From contig NC_135660.1 in assembly GCF_964188315.1 (NCBI RefSeq), positions 61,938,001-62,002,000 on the forward strand: DNA of 64,000 nt, read 5' to 3'. The notes under the pieces are model-generated. The model had not been told where the DNA came from, searched no databases, and saw only the letters and a list, made by a program, of their open reading frames with translations. Shown piece after piece: positions 51,986 to 64,000 of the stretch. Both the position numbers and the translations under genes were made by a program. The stretch is from Podarcis muralis. Its lineage: Eukaryota. Position 1 is the first letter of the stretch, and the number at the start of each line of letters is the position of its first letter.

Positions 51986-52270
51986 AAGTTCAGTAAAATG
52001 ATATGGGTGGGAGAAAAGAAAAGGCTAAGCATTGGCAGTGGACACACACAAAAATGCACCTAATTTGTCTTTTATTAATTCTTAACTTACTGTACCACCT
52101 AAAATTAGTATCCAGCTTTGCTGATGCCATATTTCTTTTTTTCTGCCTTAGCAAAGGTCATAGCTTGTGGGTTCTGCTGAGTGCTGGAGACGGATCAAAG
52201 CACTTATTAGTGTTTATATTTTCCTTCTCCCAGTATGTCTCACTTTAGCACCTAGCAGGGTCTGTTCTAA

Positions 52271-52370
52271 TTAAGGCTGCAGTTTATGTGAACACTTGCC
52301 CGGGAGTAAGTCCCATTGAACTCAGTTAAGAACTATTTCTGAGCAGACTTGCATGGAACTGTGCTGTTAA
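52271..52370. mobile_element. Short palindromic MITE
   Basis: gggagtaagtcccattgaactcag core shared with 39676-39761. Confidence 0.55.
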
Positions 52371-54371
52371 GTCTGCATAACACCTCCTGTGCTCCATTAT
52401 AAGATTTAAAATAATCTGCTGACTTAGGGGCTTCGACATCATGCCTAGCTCCCCAGCCACTGTTGTTCTGCTTAACATTCCCGCTTAGCAGAAATCAATC
52501 ACTTGCCTATTAGTTGGTGACATTTTAATTGGTCCTAGCTTCTGTGTTTTTTGAATACAGTTAAGGGCACCAGTGAAGCAGTATGCAATATGGAAGATAT
52601 ACCCCAGAATTTCCTAGATATACCCCAGGTGACTGAGCATCCTTCCCAGGTTTCACATGACTATGCTTGCTTCAAAAGCTGCATCCCAGTATCATCCAAA
52701 ACATTTCAAGGGAACCTGGGGTTTATATCTGGAATGATACACCCAAGCTGCTTGGGCCATGGCCTTGTCTTATCCCAATATAATGAGTATGGCCTCACAG
52801 CGCCACACCACACTGGTTGCTAATAAATAAAAAAAAGTAAAATTAGCCTTTCTTCCCATATAATGACAATTGCAAAAGGAAGGAAGAGGCAAGAAAAGCT
52901 AAAGGCTTCAAGGGAGTTTAAATGCAAGAGCACATCTCTGTCTGAGCTTTGTTGTTTGTAGTCAAAGGTCTTTACAATATAAACAATAAAAAACAAACAA
53001 TCCAATCCAAGAGCAAGTTAAAAACATATTGATTTTTAGAACTGCAAATTATCTAAACTTTAATACTGTAATGTAATTTGGATTTTTATTTTTTTAAACC
53101 CACCTTGATAGTATACTGTTTTAGGTTTATAAAAGTGAATGAAATCTGGCTATGACATCTGTCTCTCCATAGATCTTTAGGGCTGATCTGCAAATGCTCG
53201 TGCTTGGCTCTCTTTGTTGATGACCACTGGCCTTTTCACTACTATATTTCATTTTATGAGATTAATGAAAAGTGTTGCAGTGAATGATAACTTAACTATT
53301 ATCATGAAGTGCCCTTGTGGTCATTCAAGAAGGTAACATGCTGTCCTTCACTTAACAGGCCATACAGACACTCCTTTTAATCCAATGCCTTCAGAACTGA
53401 TTCAGTGCTGATTGATTTACCATACTATTCCTTTCAACACTTATTTTCAGTATTCCTTTCAGGGCTAAAATTGCTTTTTTGTGCCTCTTTATCTGAACAT
53501 AAAAATGTAGGGATTAAAGGCTTAGTGGTCAGCTAAATATATGTTCAAATACTGTAGTTTCCATAGGTTCTTCATATCTTTCTTGGATCAAAAGACCAGG
53601 GTTATAGCAATCATTAAACATTAAAAAGACAAATGTGAAAACTATTTTGGTAAAAACGTCTGTTTAGAAATCATCATTGATCATATTATCTGACTGCCTC
53701 TTACTTTTTGTGTTTTTTATTCCCTTTGTGCTTATGATCAGCAAAACTTGCTATATATTTTGTAGTCTATCCTAGTATCTCCCTCTCCAGTAATCATTCT
53801 TTTAAAATGATGCTATGTTGATTTTTGTCATTACCAACTCTCTTTTTCAGAATTATTTATAAAATGTGAAATCTCCATGCCTCAGAAACATACATACAGG
53901 GGACAATAAATCCAAATTTGAAATTGAACTGTAAGTTATACAATAAACAGAAAGAGTTATTTCTGTTTATAACTCACTAAGAAAGCAATGAAATTGAAGA
54001 ATGCAGGCTATCAGTTAATGATGGCAGCTCTTTCTGAATACAGTGTGTGTATATATGGATATTTCCCAAAAATACATTTAAGAAGACAGAGCAGTTTCCT
54101 CTCAAAACCTTAACTTTTGTATGTTGTGCTATTCTTTCTAATGCTGTATTATCATTGCAAGATACATTGTGGTGGTAGCATTTACATTTACTAAGTAAAA
54201 CCAGTTTCATGGTTAGGTCCTGCTTGCTATTCAGAGTGTGTATACGAAAGAGTAATTAAATTAAACAAATGCAAAATCGACTAAAGGATACATTGTCAAC
54301 AATGATAATAAAAATAAAGAGGAGCTTCATAGGGGCTTGGAGTCTGCTATTGTAGCAGGTAATGTTCCAGG

Positions 54372-54566
54372 CATAGGAGCCAACTCCTAGAGGACAACAA
54401 GGTCCCTTCACCCCCCAAAAATATATTTGACGGGGCCGTCCCCCCTCAAAGTTGATGGACATTGCCATTCAAATAGTGTGTGTGTGTATGTGTGCTGCAT
54501 CTTGTGATCAATAAATTATGTGGGGTAGGGCTTACCTTTAACATTTTATTAAAGTTGGCGCCCCTG
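54372..54566. mobile_element. hAT-type MITE
   Basis: TIRs cataggagccaact / agttggcgcccctg (11/14); flanks gttccagg vs gttctaga (6/8). Confidence 0.6.
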
Positions 54567-57500
54567 GTTCTAGAGGCATCCAGAGTGCTATCTGGTCTGT
54601 GGTTAATGGATGAATTTTAGTTTCTAAGGATGGGTACTAGTAACCATTTTTGTTCTTGCACCTCATTGCTGATAAGTGGTGAGAATGGGCCTTTTTTGTA
54701 GTAGTTTCCTGTCTATAGAATGCTCTCTCCAGTGAGGCCTGCCTGGCACCAACTTTGTCATCATTTGGGCATGGGCAAAGATCCATTTGTTTTCTCAAGC
54801 ATCTGGGCAGCACCGATGATTGGATTTTTTTACTTTCATGCCTATGTATTTTTTAAAAAGTTATTACTGTATATTATTTTATTTTGCAAATTATTCTTGT
54901 AAATTGCTTCAGGACATTTGTTGGGAGAAGCAATTTATTTACAAGTTCAATAAGCTATCTGCTGTCAAGAACTGCATCAACTTAAAATTCAGGAACCATG
55001 AACTGTTTTAAGTGTAAGTACTCCCACTTTCCTCTGGCACATGCAAATGTGTGGGAGCCATAGGGCAACAGAAATCCAGCAGATTTATCTTGTTAAGGAA
55101 GCCGCAGGAAATATTGCCTAAGATCTCTGAAGGGCCAGGAATGCTAGAGAGGAATGACAAAGGAACCATCAGAGTATCCCCCTTGCTGAGATGTAACATT
55201 TAACATGAACCTAGTATCAGGATTAGCTAATATGCAAAGCATAGTGGTTCGAAACTAAATAGTAAAGACGAACTAAAATGGGGAACAGTTTCTTGCAGAA
55301 AAGTTCAACCCCTGTGCACCCTCTACCCTCCCCATCTTGGTGATCTTTTGAGGCCATCAAATGGGGCAAAAATGTTTGACTCCGCTATATAACTATGTCA
55401 AGAATGGACCTCTTTTCCCACATTGTAAAACCCAGCAGCTGGAAGAGGATATAAAAGAAAGAGTAGATGATCATACCAGCTCCTGTGAAGACCTGCTAAT
55501 CCCTGGAATCAGTATGAAGCCCACAATAATATAAAAATACAACACATAACTTACTGGGGAAGTTCAAACCTAACTTTTCTAATCCTCCACGCTTTAAGGA
55601 TCAGGAATGTGCCCCAATTATCTACCTTTTTGTTTAACACTAGAATTGCAAATGAACTGATGGTTGAACCATCCTTTCCAAAAGACACTTTAAAAAATGC
55701 TTCACTCTGTCTTTACTTTCATTACCGTTCAACCTGCTTTAAAAGTTTCCAAAAATTCCTTTAGCACCCCTTTCTTTATCCCTCCTCTCAGTCCCATGCA
55801 TGGTCAATAAGCAGCTGCAGATGTGTGAGAAAGCACATATTTAGCACAGAAAACACCCCAGCCTTTATGGGCTATTAGGAACTAAGACTAGGAAGAGAAA
55901 CATAACCCTGAATCTAGGTAGCCAGAAAGTGCATGAATGAAAAGGGCAATGCAGGTAATTAGCTGACTCACGACTCAGTCATACTCCACGGCACCTTTCC
56001 TTCAACATCCTCCCTTCACTCTTTCCAGCCACACTTCTCCTGTAATCATTTGATCAACAGCCAGTGTCTTCTGGTCATTGTTCCAGTAAAATTTCCATTG
56101 CATGTCCTCTTTCAAACATCATCCCAACTGGCTACCCAGCCTGTCCTAGGAGCATAACCAACAAGGGAAACAAGAAGGGTTAGGGTAACACTGAGCTAAT
56201 GAGGTCTCACCCTTGATCGTGCTCCACCAGTGAATCTCTGGGCAAGACAGATTTGTACTCCTCAGTTAGTTGGGGTGTTGTCCTCCTCCATAGTGGTAGT
56301 TCTGTCCTGCCTTAGTGGGTTTAAGCTGGGCAAAAGACCACACTGGAAGTTTTCTATGAAATCCCTGCAACCACGTATTTATTCTGCTGCACTGTAAAGA
56401 GAGACAAAGCACTCAAGTTTTCAGTGAACAATATTTATATCATCACAAAACTCAAGGCAATTTTGCTTTGAGTTTCTATTAAGATGACTTAATAATAAGA
56501 CTGCTTCAGGAACCATAATTATAGGACTTTCAAAGGAATAATTATTCACATTACAGTTGCATATTATATAGCTGCTTATGGGTTTCAGAGCAAGTCTCTT
56601 TATGTGACTGAGTAGGCAGCAAGATCCATAAAGACTGTACTTAATCATTAATTACAATTCTCTGAATATTAGTTATGAGAAGACTATAGAAATGTTGATG
56701 CTATATTTAGGGGCCAAAGAAAGGAAACAAAGCATCCTTTAGGGTGCATAAATTAGATCATGAACCATATCATAAACCCAACAGTGTATCATATACGGAA
56801 TGTTTGTGTGTGGTAGAGTTCCCTACAGAGAAAAAGGTTGTGACCCAGAGCAGCAATTTGCATGAATGCAAGCGAACTATTTTCCAATTCATAACTTTCT
56901 TTGTACTGTTCACTACTGCAGACAAAGAGGTAAGAGAAGTCAGTTCTTAAACTAATATGCCTGTTTTGGCTGGATCAAGCATGAGCTTTCCAGAATGCTC
57001 TTCTGCAGTACTTTTCTTCTTCTTCAGGGGGTACGCAAAGGTATGCAGTGCTGGCACCTTTTTGTTGTTGTTAAAAAGTGTGGCACTTAACTGTACCAAA
57101 TTCATGGTGAGTACTGGCACCTCTTTTTCTCTTCAGTTATGTGTAGCTGCTCCCTTACATTCATGTAACATGTCTATAATGTTAGCCAAAATTTATCCAC
57201 CAAACCTTTTACTCATTAGAATCACATTAGCAGGAGTTGTTCGGGACAATGGCTCTGTATTATTATTCCAATCTGCATATATGTACCCTAGACAGAATTC
57301 ACTGGCTCTCCTCTTTGGTTCTCTAAGAGTAACTTGTTTCCTTCATCTAACAATCTAATTAAAATATGCTGTACTAGCTGCTCATCATATAATTCAAATG
57401 AACTATAGAACTTGAATAAAATGTACTGTACATTTGATGGTTATAAAGTGCCTCTTTAAAAACCGTAAACAAGTAATGGGATAATTTGCAGGGAAGCCTT

Positions 57501-58902
57501 GGTCATAAGTTTGTCTTCCTTGGTATGTAATTTTTTTTCCATCATCAGATTATCCTACATTTTTTCTAAATGAGTGCTTGGTGGAGTTGACTATTTCAGC
57601 ACTATTTTCCTAGTTTGATCCAATGAGCAACAGAACAGCCAGCATGAGAAATAGAATTAGTTCTCTCTTGTGCCTTTTTGTCTATCAAATTAAACAGGAA
57701 CAAAGCAGGCTTGACAGATAGGGGGCTTCCAATGATGTTTAACACATATGCCCTGCGTCAACGTGAATTGTGCACATTTGCTTAAAAGGCTAGTTCTCAG
57801 CAAAAAAAATCCCAGCTGAGGCTCGATCCTGTTTCAATTGTCACCAGTTTTTTTGGCAGATAAAAGCAGATGTTTAACCGCAAGTACACCAGTTACAATA
57901 GATGCAAGGCACTGTATTTTGTACTCGGGAATCTGAAGTACAAAATGTCACGTGAGAAGAATGCTGAGAACCAGCATTTTCTAATGTGTAGTTCAAAGTA
58001 TTGTAAAGCTATATTTAGTATTCAGGACCAGGCTCAATAATTAGATCAAACTGAGTTTTAGAATATATTAAAATATAATAGTGTCAATGGGTTCACTGTA
58101 GAGGGTTCTTAATGGAAGAAATGGAACATTTATTCTGCGAGGGGCAAGAGACTTTGTGCTGGCCATGGTTTCCCCCACCTCCATTGCCCTACCCTCCAGC
58201 CCCAGGAACCTTTGGGGGGGGGGGGTTTCCAAAGGAAGAACTGTAAGAGGTGTGAGACATTGTCTATTCTCATGGGGTGACTGGTTTCACCTGTGCTGCC
58301 CCCACCCCCAGCCTGAGGAACCTTCAGAACAGAGTTGCTGCCCTGTGCATTATATTGAGGCTTCAACCAGTCTGACATGATGAGTGAATAGGCAGCAGAA
58401 ACAGAGATGAGGAGGAGAAAGGGCTACTTAAGAGAAATGACACCTTTAACATCTACTTCTGCCCTAGTATGCTGCCACCTTGCTCCCTCAGTAAGGAAAG
58501 GCAAAGAAGGGCAAGAGAGCCTCACCTCCTGTACCCTCAATCAAGTCTATCTGAGCAATAGCCTCTCCCAAGTCATTACTTTAAGAACAGCAGAAGCTGG
58601 AAAGGGAGAAGAGGAGTTCAGGATACATTTTTTTAAAAAATAGTTGTGTATCTTTGTTTCTCAATTTAATTCTTCTACATGGTTTTTGTATGTATTGTGG
58701 TATTTCATGCATTGCAACTTGCTGTTTTTTATTGATTATAGTTTAGTAATTATTTATTGTAATTGTTAAGACTGAATTACTGTATAACTATTTGCTAATA
58801 TTTTTATATTTACTTTTATTGTGTACTATTGTATTATAGAATCATAGACCCAACTAAAACATCAATGACAGAAAGCCATGAAACCACTAACACTACCACC
58901 TG

Positions 58903-59039
58903 TAGGGTGGCCATATGTCCTCTTTTTCTAGGACACGTCCTCTTTTTTTCATGGGTAGAGTTGTCATAGTGATCCATAGTTTAAGGTAGAAGTTGGCAAA
59001 TGTGTCTTCTTTTTTGCTCTTCAGAATATGGCAACCCTA
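58903..59039. mobile_element. hAT MITE (tagggtggcca family)
   Basis: TIRs tagggtggccatat / atatggcaacccta. Confidence 0.75.
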
Positions 59040-60517
59040 TCCAAGAGAGTCTGTTCCACTATTTAACAGCTCTTACTGTCACTTCCTCCCAAGGTTCCCA
59101 ATTCTTCAACTTCATCAATGAGTTCCTGATCAGTTGGTGAGGACCAGGTCCAAGACAGATGAACTCCTTGTTGCTTCTTCCACCTTCTGGGAAATGGAAT
59201 TGTCAGCGAGGCAATGGAGGAAATGGATTACTGAACATTACTTTATTTCATATGAGTTGTTTATTTTAAAGTTATGTTTTTATTATATTACAACTTTTTG
59301 TATTGGATCAGATTATTATAAGGTGTGTGATTCTTATATTCTGTTGTTGCAAACCACCTAGGTGATATACAAATTGAATTGAAATGAAAAATTATCAAGC
59401 ATATTAAACTAGATAGTCCCATCATTTCCAGAGGTGTTCCATCATCACCACCACCACCACCCCGCCCTTCCCTGGCATAAATTGTTTTGATATTCTTTTT
59501 TTAAACTTAACTTGCAGTTAACAGAATGATCTGTTTCCCCACTGTGTTTACCCTTTGGGGGGGAAATGAATGATGCTTTATCTCCAATAGCATTTTAATT
59601 ATGTATTGATAATCTACAAGATAATAGTTAAATGTTCATAATCCATGCGGGAGACAACAGACCACTTCAGGGATTGAAGGAAGAAAATACTTCTGTAATT
59701 ATAAATGTTTAAAGAACAAGGGCCAATTAGTTGATGATTACTGAAATTATGTTGTCTGTTCTTCAGACCTAGCCAGGAACCAGCCACTGTGATAAACTAG
59801 TTTTTTGTTTTTTTGCTTTACAAAGGAACATGACAGGGGAGAATGTGCTCAACAAAACAACTTCAATCTTGGGCAGCATCTTTTCCAAATTACACAACTT
59901 ACACACCACCACAATTTAATTTCCTTTTTTTTTTCTGAGCACAATTTTAAATATCTGTATGTTTTAAGTGGTTAACAATTAAAAAGACCCTCCCCCAGGG
60001 AAAAACAGGCTGATGTACAAAACTATGATGCCAAGCATGACAGAAGATTGAAGAGAAATGATCAGCCTAAATGAAATTACTGGCCCAATATTTTATCTTG
60101 AAATTATGAAGAATGCTGCATTATTTTATCTAGGCATCTTCATTAGTATACAGTACACAGTCCTTTAAATCTATTTCCTAAGGCCACCTCGTATTTTAAC
60201 CTTACAACTCCGTATAGTAATACAAGATAATTTACAAATATGGGGTACAATTCAACCCTTTCCAAATACCAAGTATACCAAGCCTTTTATAGATGTATCC
60301 AGAGGTCCCAGTCATCTTCAAGCATTGGCTTGCAGGCTACCATCATAAAAAGCATGCGCTTCTCACAGCTAAGCAGGTGAGCTGCAATGAACCTAACCCA
60401 GTAGCAGCACGTTCAGACGTTATGGGGATTCCCTCTCGTACACAAAGAAGGGATAGATGGTGCTTTATTTTTCCATCAGCTTCTATAGTTCTTAAATACA
60501 CCCAACAGTTCTTATTA

Positions 60518-60879
60518 AAGGCAAAGGTACCCCTGCCCGTTCGGGCCAGTCTTGCCAGACTCTAGGGTTGTGCGCTCATCTCACTCTATAGGCAGGAAAG
60601 GGGGGGCCAGCACTGTCCGCAGACACTTCCGGGTCACGTGGCCAGCGTGACAAGCTGCATCTGGCGAGCCAGCGCAGCACATGGAACGCCATTTACCTTC
60701 CCGCTGGTAAGCGGTCCCTATTTATCTACTTGCACCCGGAGGTGCTTTCGAACTGCTAGGTTGGCAGGCGCTGGGACTGAACGACGGGAGTGCACCCCGC
60801 CGCGGGGATTCGAACCGCCAACCATGCGATCGACAAGTCCTAGGCGCTGAGGTTTTACCCACAGCGCCACCCGCATCCC
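60518..60879 (-). mobile_element. Sauria SINE (young subfamily C)
   Basis: 13-bp TSD acagttcttatta at 60505-60517 and 60881-60893; shares diagnostic cccctgcccgt.cgggccagtcttg with 38352-38711. Confidence 0.96.
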
Positions 60880-62106
60880 TACAGTTCTTATTACATCTGA
60901 CAATATTATTTATTACAATGATAAGTATGCTAATCATATGTAGCTGTTCCTGTACATTTTTGAGTATAATACTAAATTTAAACTCCAGACATTTTTAAAA
61001 AACAAACAAAAACAAAACACAGGCAATTGTACAAAGACCTGAAGATATAAATTGCACAATGTGCCGTTAGGTTTCTTCAAATTCACAGTACTGCTGTACC
61101 AAATGGACAGATCTTTCTTATTTCAGTAAGTGGTTTCTATTCCTCGAAGGGGAAAAAAGACACATATATTAATTATTTCAATATATTATTGTCAGTTGTA
61201 CAACAAAATCACCAAGAGGCTGTTTTAATTCTCTGTTCCAAATGTGATACTTCACCACTGCTGAACTTGTCAGACCTTGATTAATATTCCTTACAATATA
61301 CATGACATGTTTGCAATTTTCAGCATTTGGTCACTTTTTAATTAATATTGGGAAGAACTTTGCAAATTGTTTCATCATTTATCTATCACACAGAATTGTC
61401 ACCTATGAAAGGATAGCACTGAAAGAGAAGAAGTTAATTAACTCAATTTTAGTAGTTTCTTAAAATAAGCTACTGTTTTATAAATACATGACATAATTCA
61501 AAGTGAAGAATAAATGAGAGAATGTGGGCCATTACATTTGCAGGTATCCATTCTAAGAAAAGCACTACAAATGCTTGAAAATGAAGAACCCGGTATGTTT
61601 TTTTTTATCTGGGGTGGGGTGGGGTTTGGCCGCTTTTACATACTTGGTCTTCGTAATGCAGAGCTACTTTATAAATTATATTTTGTAAAGATCACCCAGT
61701 CCACCACGGACATAGCGTTTGCTAGCCTACTGTGGGATCCCCATGGGGCATGACAGAAAGCATTTCCCTGTTTTGCCACTTCTGCATGGAGCTCAGGCTA
61801 TAATGGGCAACTGAATGCCTGGTTATGCTTCTCATGGCACTCCAGATGTTCTCAGGTTTCATCAGCCCAGTTGGCACAGCCAATGACTGGGGATGCTTGC
61901 TTGTCCCTAGTGTGTAAGCTAAGAATCACTCTGTTGGATCTGACCAAAATGCCTATCTAGTCCAGCTTCCTGTTCTCAAGAGTGGCCAACCACACACAAG
62001 CAGGAGGTAAGGACAGCAGCACATCCCACACATACTCCCCAGAACTGACATTCAGAGACGTACTGCCTCTAATACTGGAAGTGGTACACAGTCATTGCAA
62101 CTAGTA

Positions 62107-62327
62107 CCAGTTACAGATAGGTAGCCGTGTTGGTCTGCCATAGTCAAAACAAAAAAAAATTCCTTCCAGTAGCACCTTAAAGACCAACTAAGTTAGTTCT
62201 TGGTATGAGCTTTCGTGTGCATGCACACTTCTTCAGTGGTATCTGAAGAAGTGTGCATGCACACGAAAGCTCATACCAAGAACTAACTTAGTTGGTCTTT
62301 AAGGTGCTACTGGAAGGATTTTTTTTT
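62107..62327. mobile_element. Penelope-like fold-back insertion (inverted pseudo-LTR arms)
   Basis: Perfect 76-bp inverted repeat (62161-62236 / 62243-62318), 6-nt loop; 13-bp direct repeat ATTGCAACTAGTA at 62094-62106 and 62328-62340. Confidence 0.9.
62237..62278 (+). ncRNA. Minimal type I hammerhead ribozyme motif, intact
   Basis: tggtat-CTGAAGA-a-GTGTGCATGCACAC-GAAA-GC-TC-atacca: 6-bp helix I, palindromic helix II, palindromic AGCT helix III, predicted cleavage after C62272. Confidence 0.75.
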
Positions 62328-62968
62328 ATTGCAACTAGTAGTCATTGATAGTGTTATCCTCCATGAATTTGTCTGGTCCTCTTTTAAAGTCATCCAAGTT
62401 GGTGGCCATCACTAGGCCACGTAGTATTTAATTCCATAGTTTAGCTAGGTATGTGCTATGTGAAGAAATATTTCCTTTTGTCTGTACTTAATCTCCCAAT
62501 GTTCATCTTCAATGGATGGGCCTGGGACAAAAGCTTCTTTCTATCTACTTTCTTTATATTCCAATTAGGTCAAATACTTGAGAAGTGTCCTCCAGTTTGC
62601 CCTCTTACATTCCTATTGCTAAGAGTTCAGAAATATGCCAATTTCTGTAGTTCTGACTGCAGAATTCCTTTTTATATATTGCAGATTTCTTGAAGCCTGT
62701 CTCCAAACCTGCTTTTACAGAGGGAACCAGCATCTATAAAGTAAGGGGATTAGTCTAAACACCTGGGTTCTTAAATTAGGGTTTAGAGTGGTATCTCAGT
62801 TTTGATTGTTATTCTGAACACTAAAGAAATATGTCCTGGATCTATTCTGTGCCACAACTGTGACAATCTGATTGCACAATATTAAAATAAGCTATTGGCA
62901 AACTATGCTGAGAAAGAGTTGTTACAATTACATTTTTTTTCCTTTTTACAAACTAGTAAATTCTCATT

Positions 62969-63005
62969 TCAGTTTTAATGAGTATACTCAGTTTTAATGA
63001 GTATA
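62969..63005. repeat. Tandem duplication, 19-bp period
   Basis: tcagttttaatgagtata x2. Confidence 0.9.
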
Positions 63006-63263
63006 ATGAGTCGAGCACCTTTATTTACACTGAAATTTGCAAGAAATGGAAAAGGATTTTTTTAAAAAAGTAAGGTAAGCAGATCCTTGAATACATGCAG
63101 TTAATTAGAATAGTAAAGCAGTACACATAAACACAGAGTCAACCGTAGTCAGTGTATCAACTCTGTGTTTAAACACACATGTTAATAACATATGGTAGGT
63201 AGAGAAAAGGAAATGTATTGATAATTTTATTTATTTATTTATTTAGGCCCCCTAACTTGAAGT

Positions 63264-64000
63264 AATGCCAGACAAATCTCTCTCTCTTTAATATACAAGC
63301 TTGGTGGATCAGGGAAATACCGTGGACATAATGTATCTTGATTTCAGCAAGGCTTTTCACAAAGCCCCCCCATGACAGTCTTGTGAAGAAACTGGTAAAA
63401 TGTGGACTGGGTGAGGTATCCGTTTGATGGATTTGTAACTGGCTGACTGACCAAACCCAAAGAGTGCTCACTAACTGATCCTTGACATCCTGGGGGGGAA
63501 ATGACAAGCAGGGTCCTGCAGGGTTCTGTCCTGGGCCTGTTGTTGTTCAACATCTTTATAAATGACATGGATGAAGGAATTGATGGGATTCTCATCAAAT
63601 TTGCAGATGACACCAAACTAGGAAGGATAGCTAATGCCACAAAAGACAGATTCAGGATTCAAAATGACAGTAACATATTGGAGAACTAGGCAGGAGGAAC
63701 CAGCTGCCCAAATATAAGTTGGGGGATACCTGGATTGCCAGTATTACATGTGAAAAGGGGCCAAGAGTCTTAGCAGACCATGAACTTAACAGGAGTCAAC
63801 AGTGTGATGCAGCAGCAAAAAAAGCTAAAGCTATTCTAAGGTGGCATCAACAGAAGTATAGTGTCATGATCAAAGGAAGTCATAGTACTGGTTTATTCTG
63901 CCTTGGTCTGACCACACCTGGAGTACTGTGTCCAGTTCTGCAAATCACAATTTAAGAGGATATTGACAAGCTGAAATGTGTGCAGAGGATAAAGTGTTTA
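63264..64000 (+). mobile_element. CR1 LINE RT-domain fragment (runs off the window)
   Basis: LDFSKAF..PHD.L, QGSVLG.LLFNIFINDMDEGI.GILIKFADDTKLG; contains stops and frameshifts. Confidence 0.95.

Larger units (their letters stand above)
61920..62555 (-). mobile_element. CR1 3' end interrupted by a Penelope-like insert
   Basis: cctatctagtccagcttcctgttctc before and ccatgaatttgtctggtcctcttttaaagtcatccaagttggtggcc after the insert. Confidence 0.8.

Noticed and set aside
63129-63170. 11-bp stem hairpin aaacacagagt / actctgtgttt
   Set aside because: Too short for a pre-miRNA and no supporting context.

Overview
This is vertebrate genomic DNA, almost certainly from a lacertid lizard, inferred from Sauria SINEs, BovB, and squamate CR1/L2/Penelope repeats. 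It is not prokaryotic, and I found no CRISPR array, rRNA or true tRNA gene. One protein-coding gene is well supported: a single-coding-exon heparan sulfate 3-O-sulfotransferase 1-like paralogue at 33963..34892 on the minus strand (309 aa). The rest is intronic or intergenic and full of mobile elements, several of them nested: six Sauria SINEs, CR1/L2/L1 fragments, a BovB 3' end, Tc1/mariner- and hAT-type MITEs, two solo-LTR-like elements, and three Penelope-like remnants carrying minimal hammerhead-ribozyme motifs. The most notable observations are (i) a substrate-gate substitution in the enzyme (Ala where HS3ST1 has Glu, His retained), (ii) a perfect 76-bp fold-back Penelope insert with an intact hammerhead core, (iii) an ERV-like LTR whose R region has a bulged hairpin followed by a palindrome that occludes AATAAA, and (iv) a 162-bp duplicated segment containing a strong splice acceptor. 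Coordinates were counted by hand, so repeat boundaries may be off by a few bases. Family names come from recognition, not from a database search.
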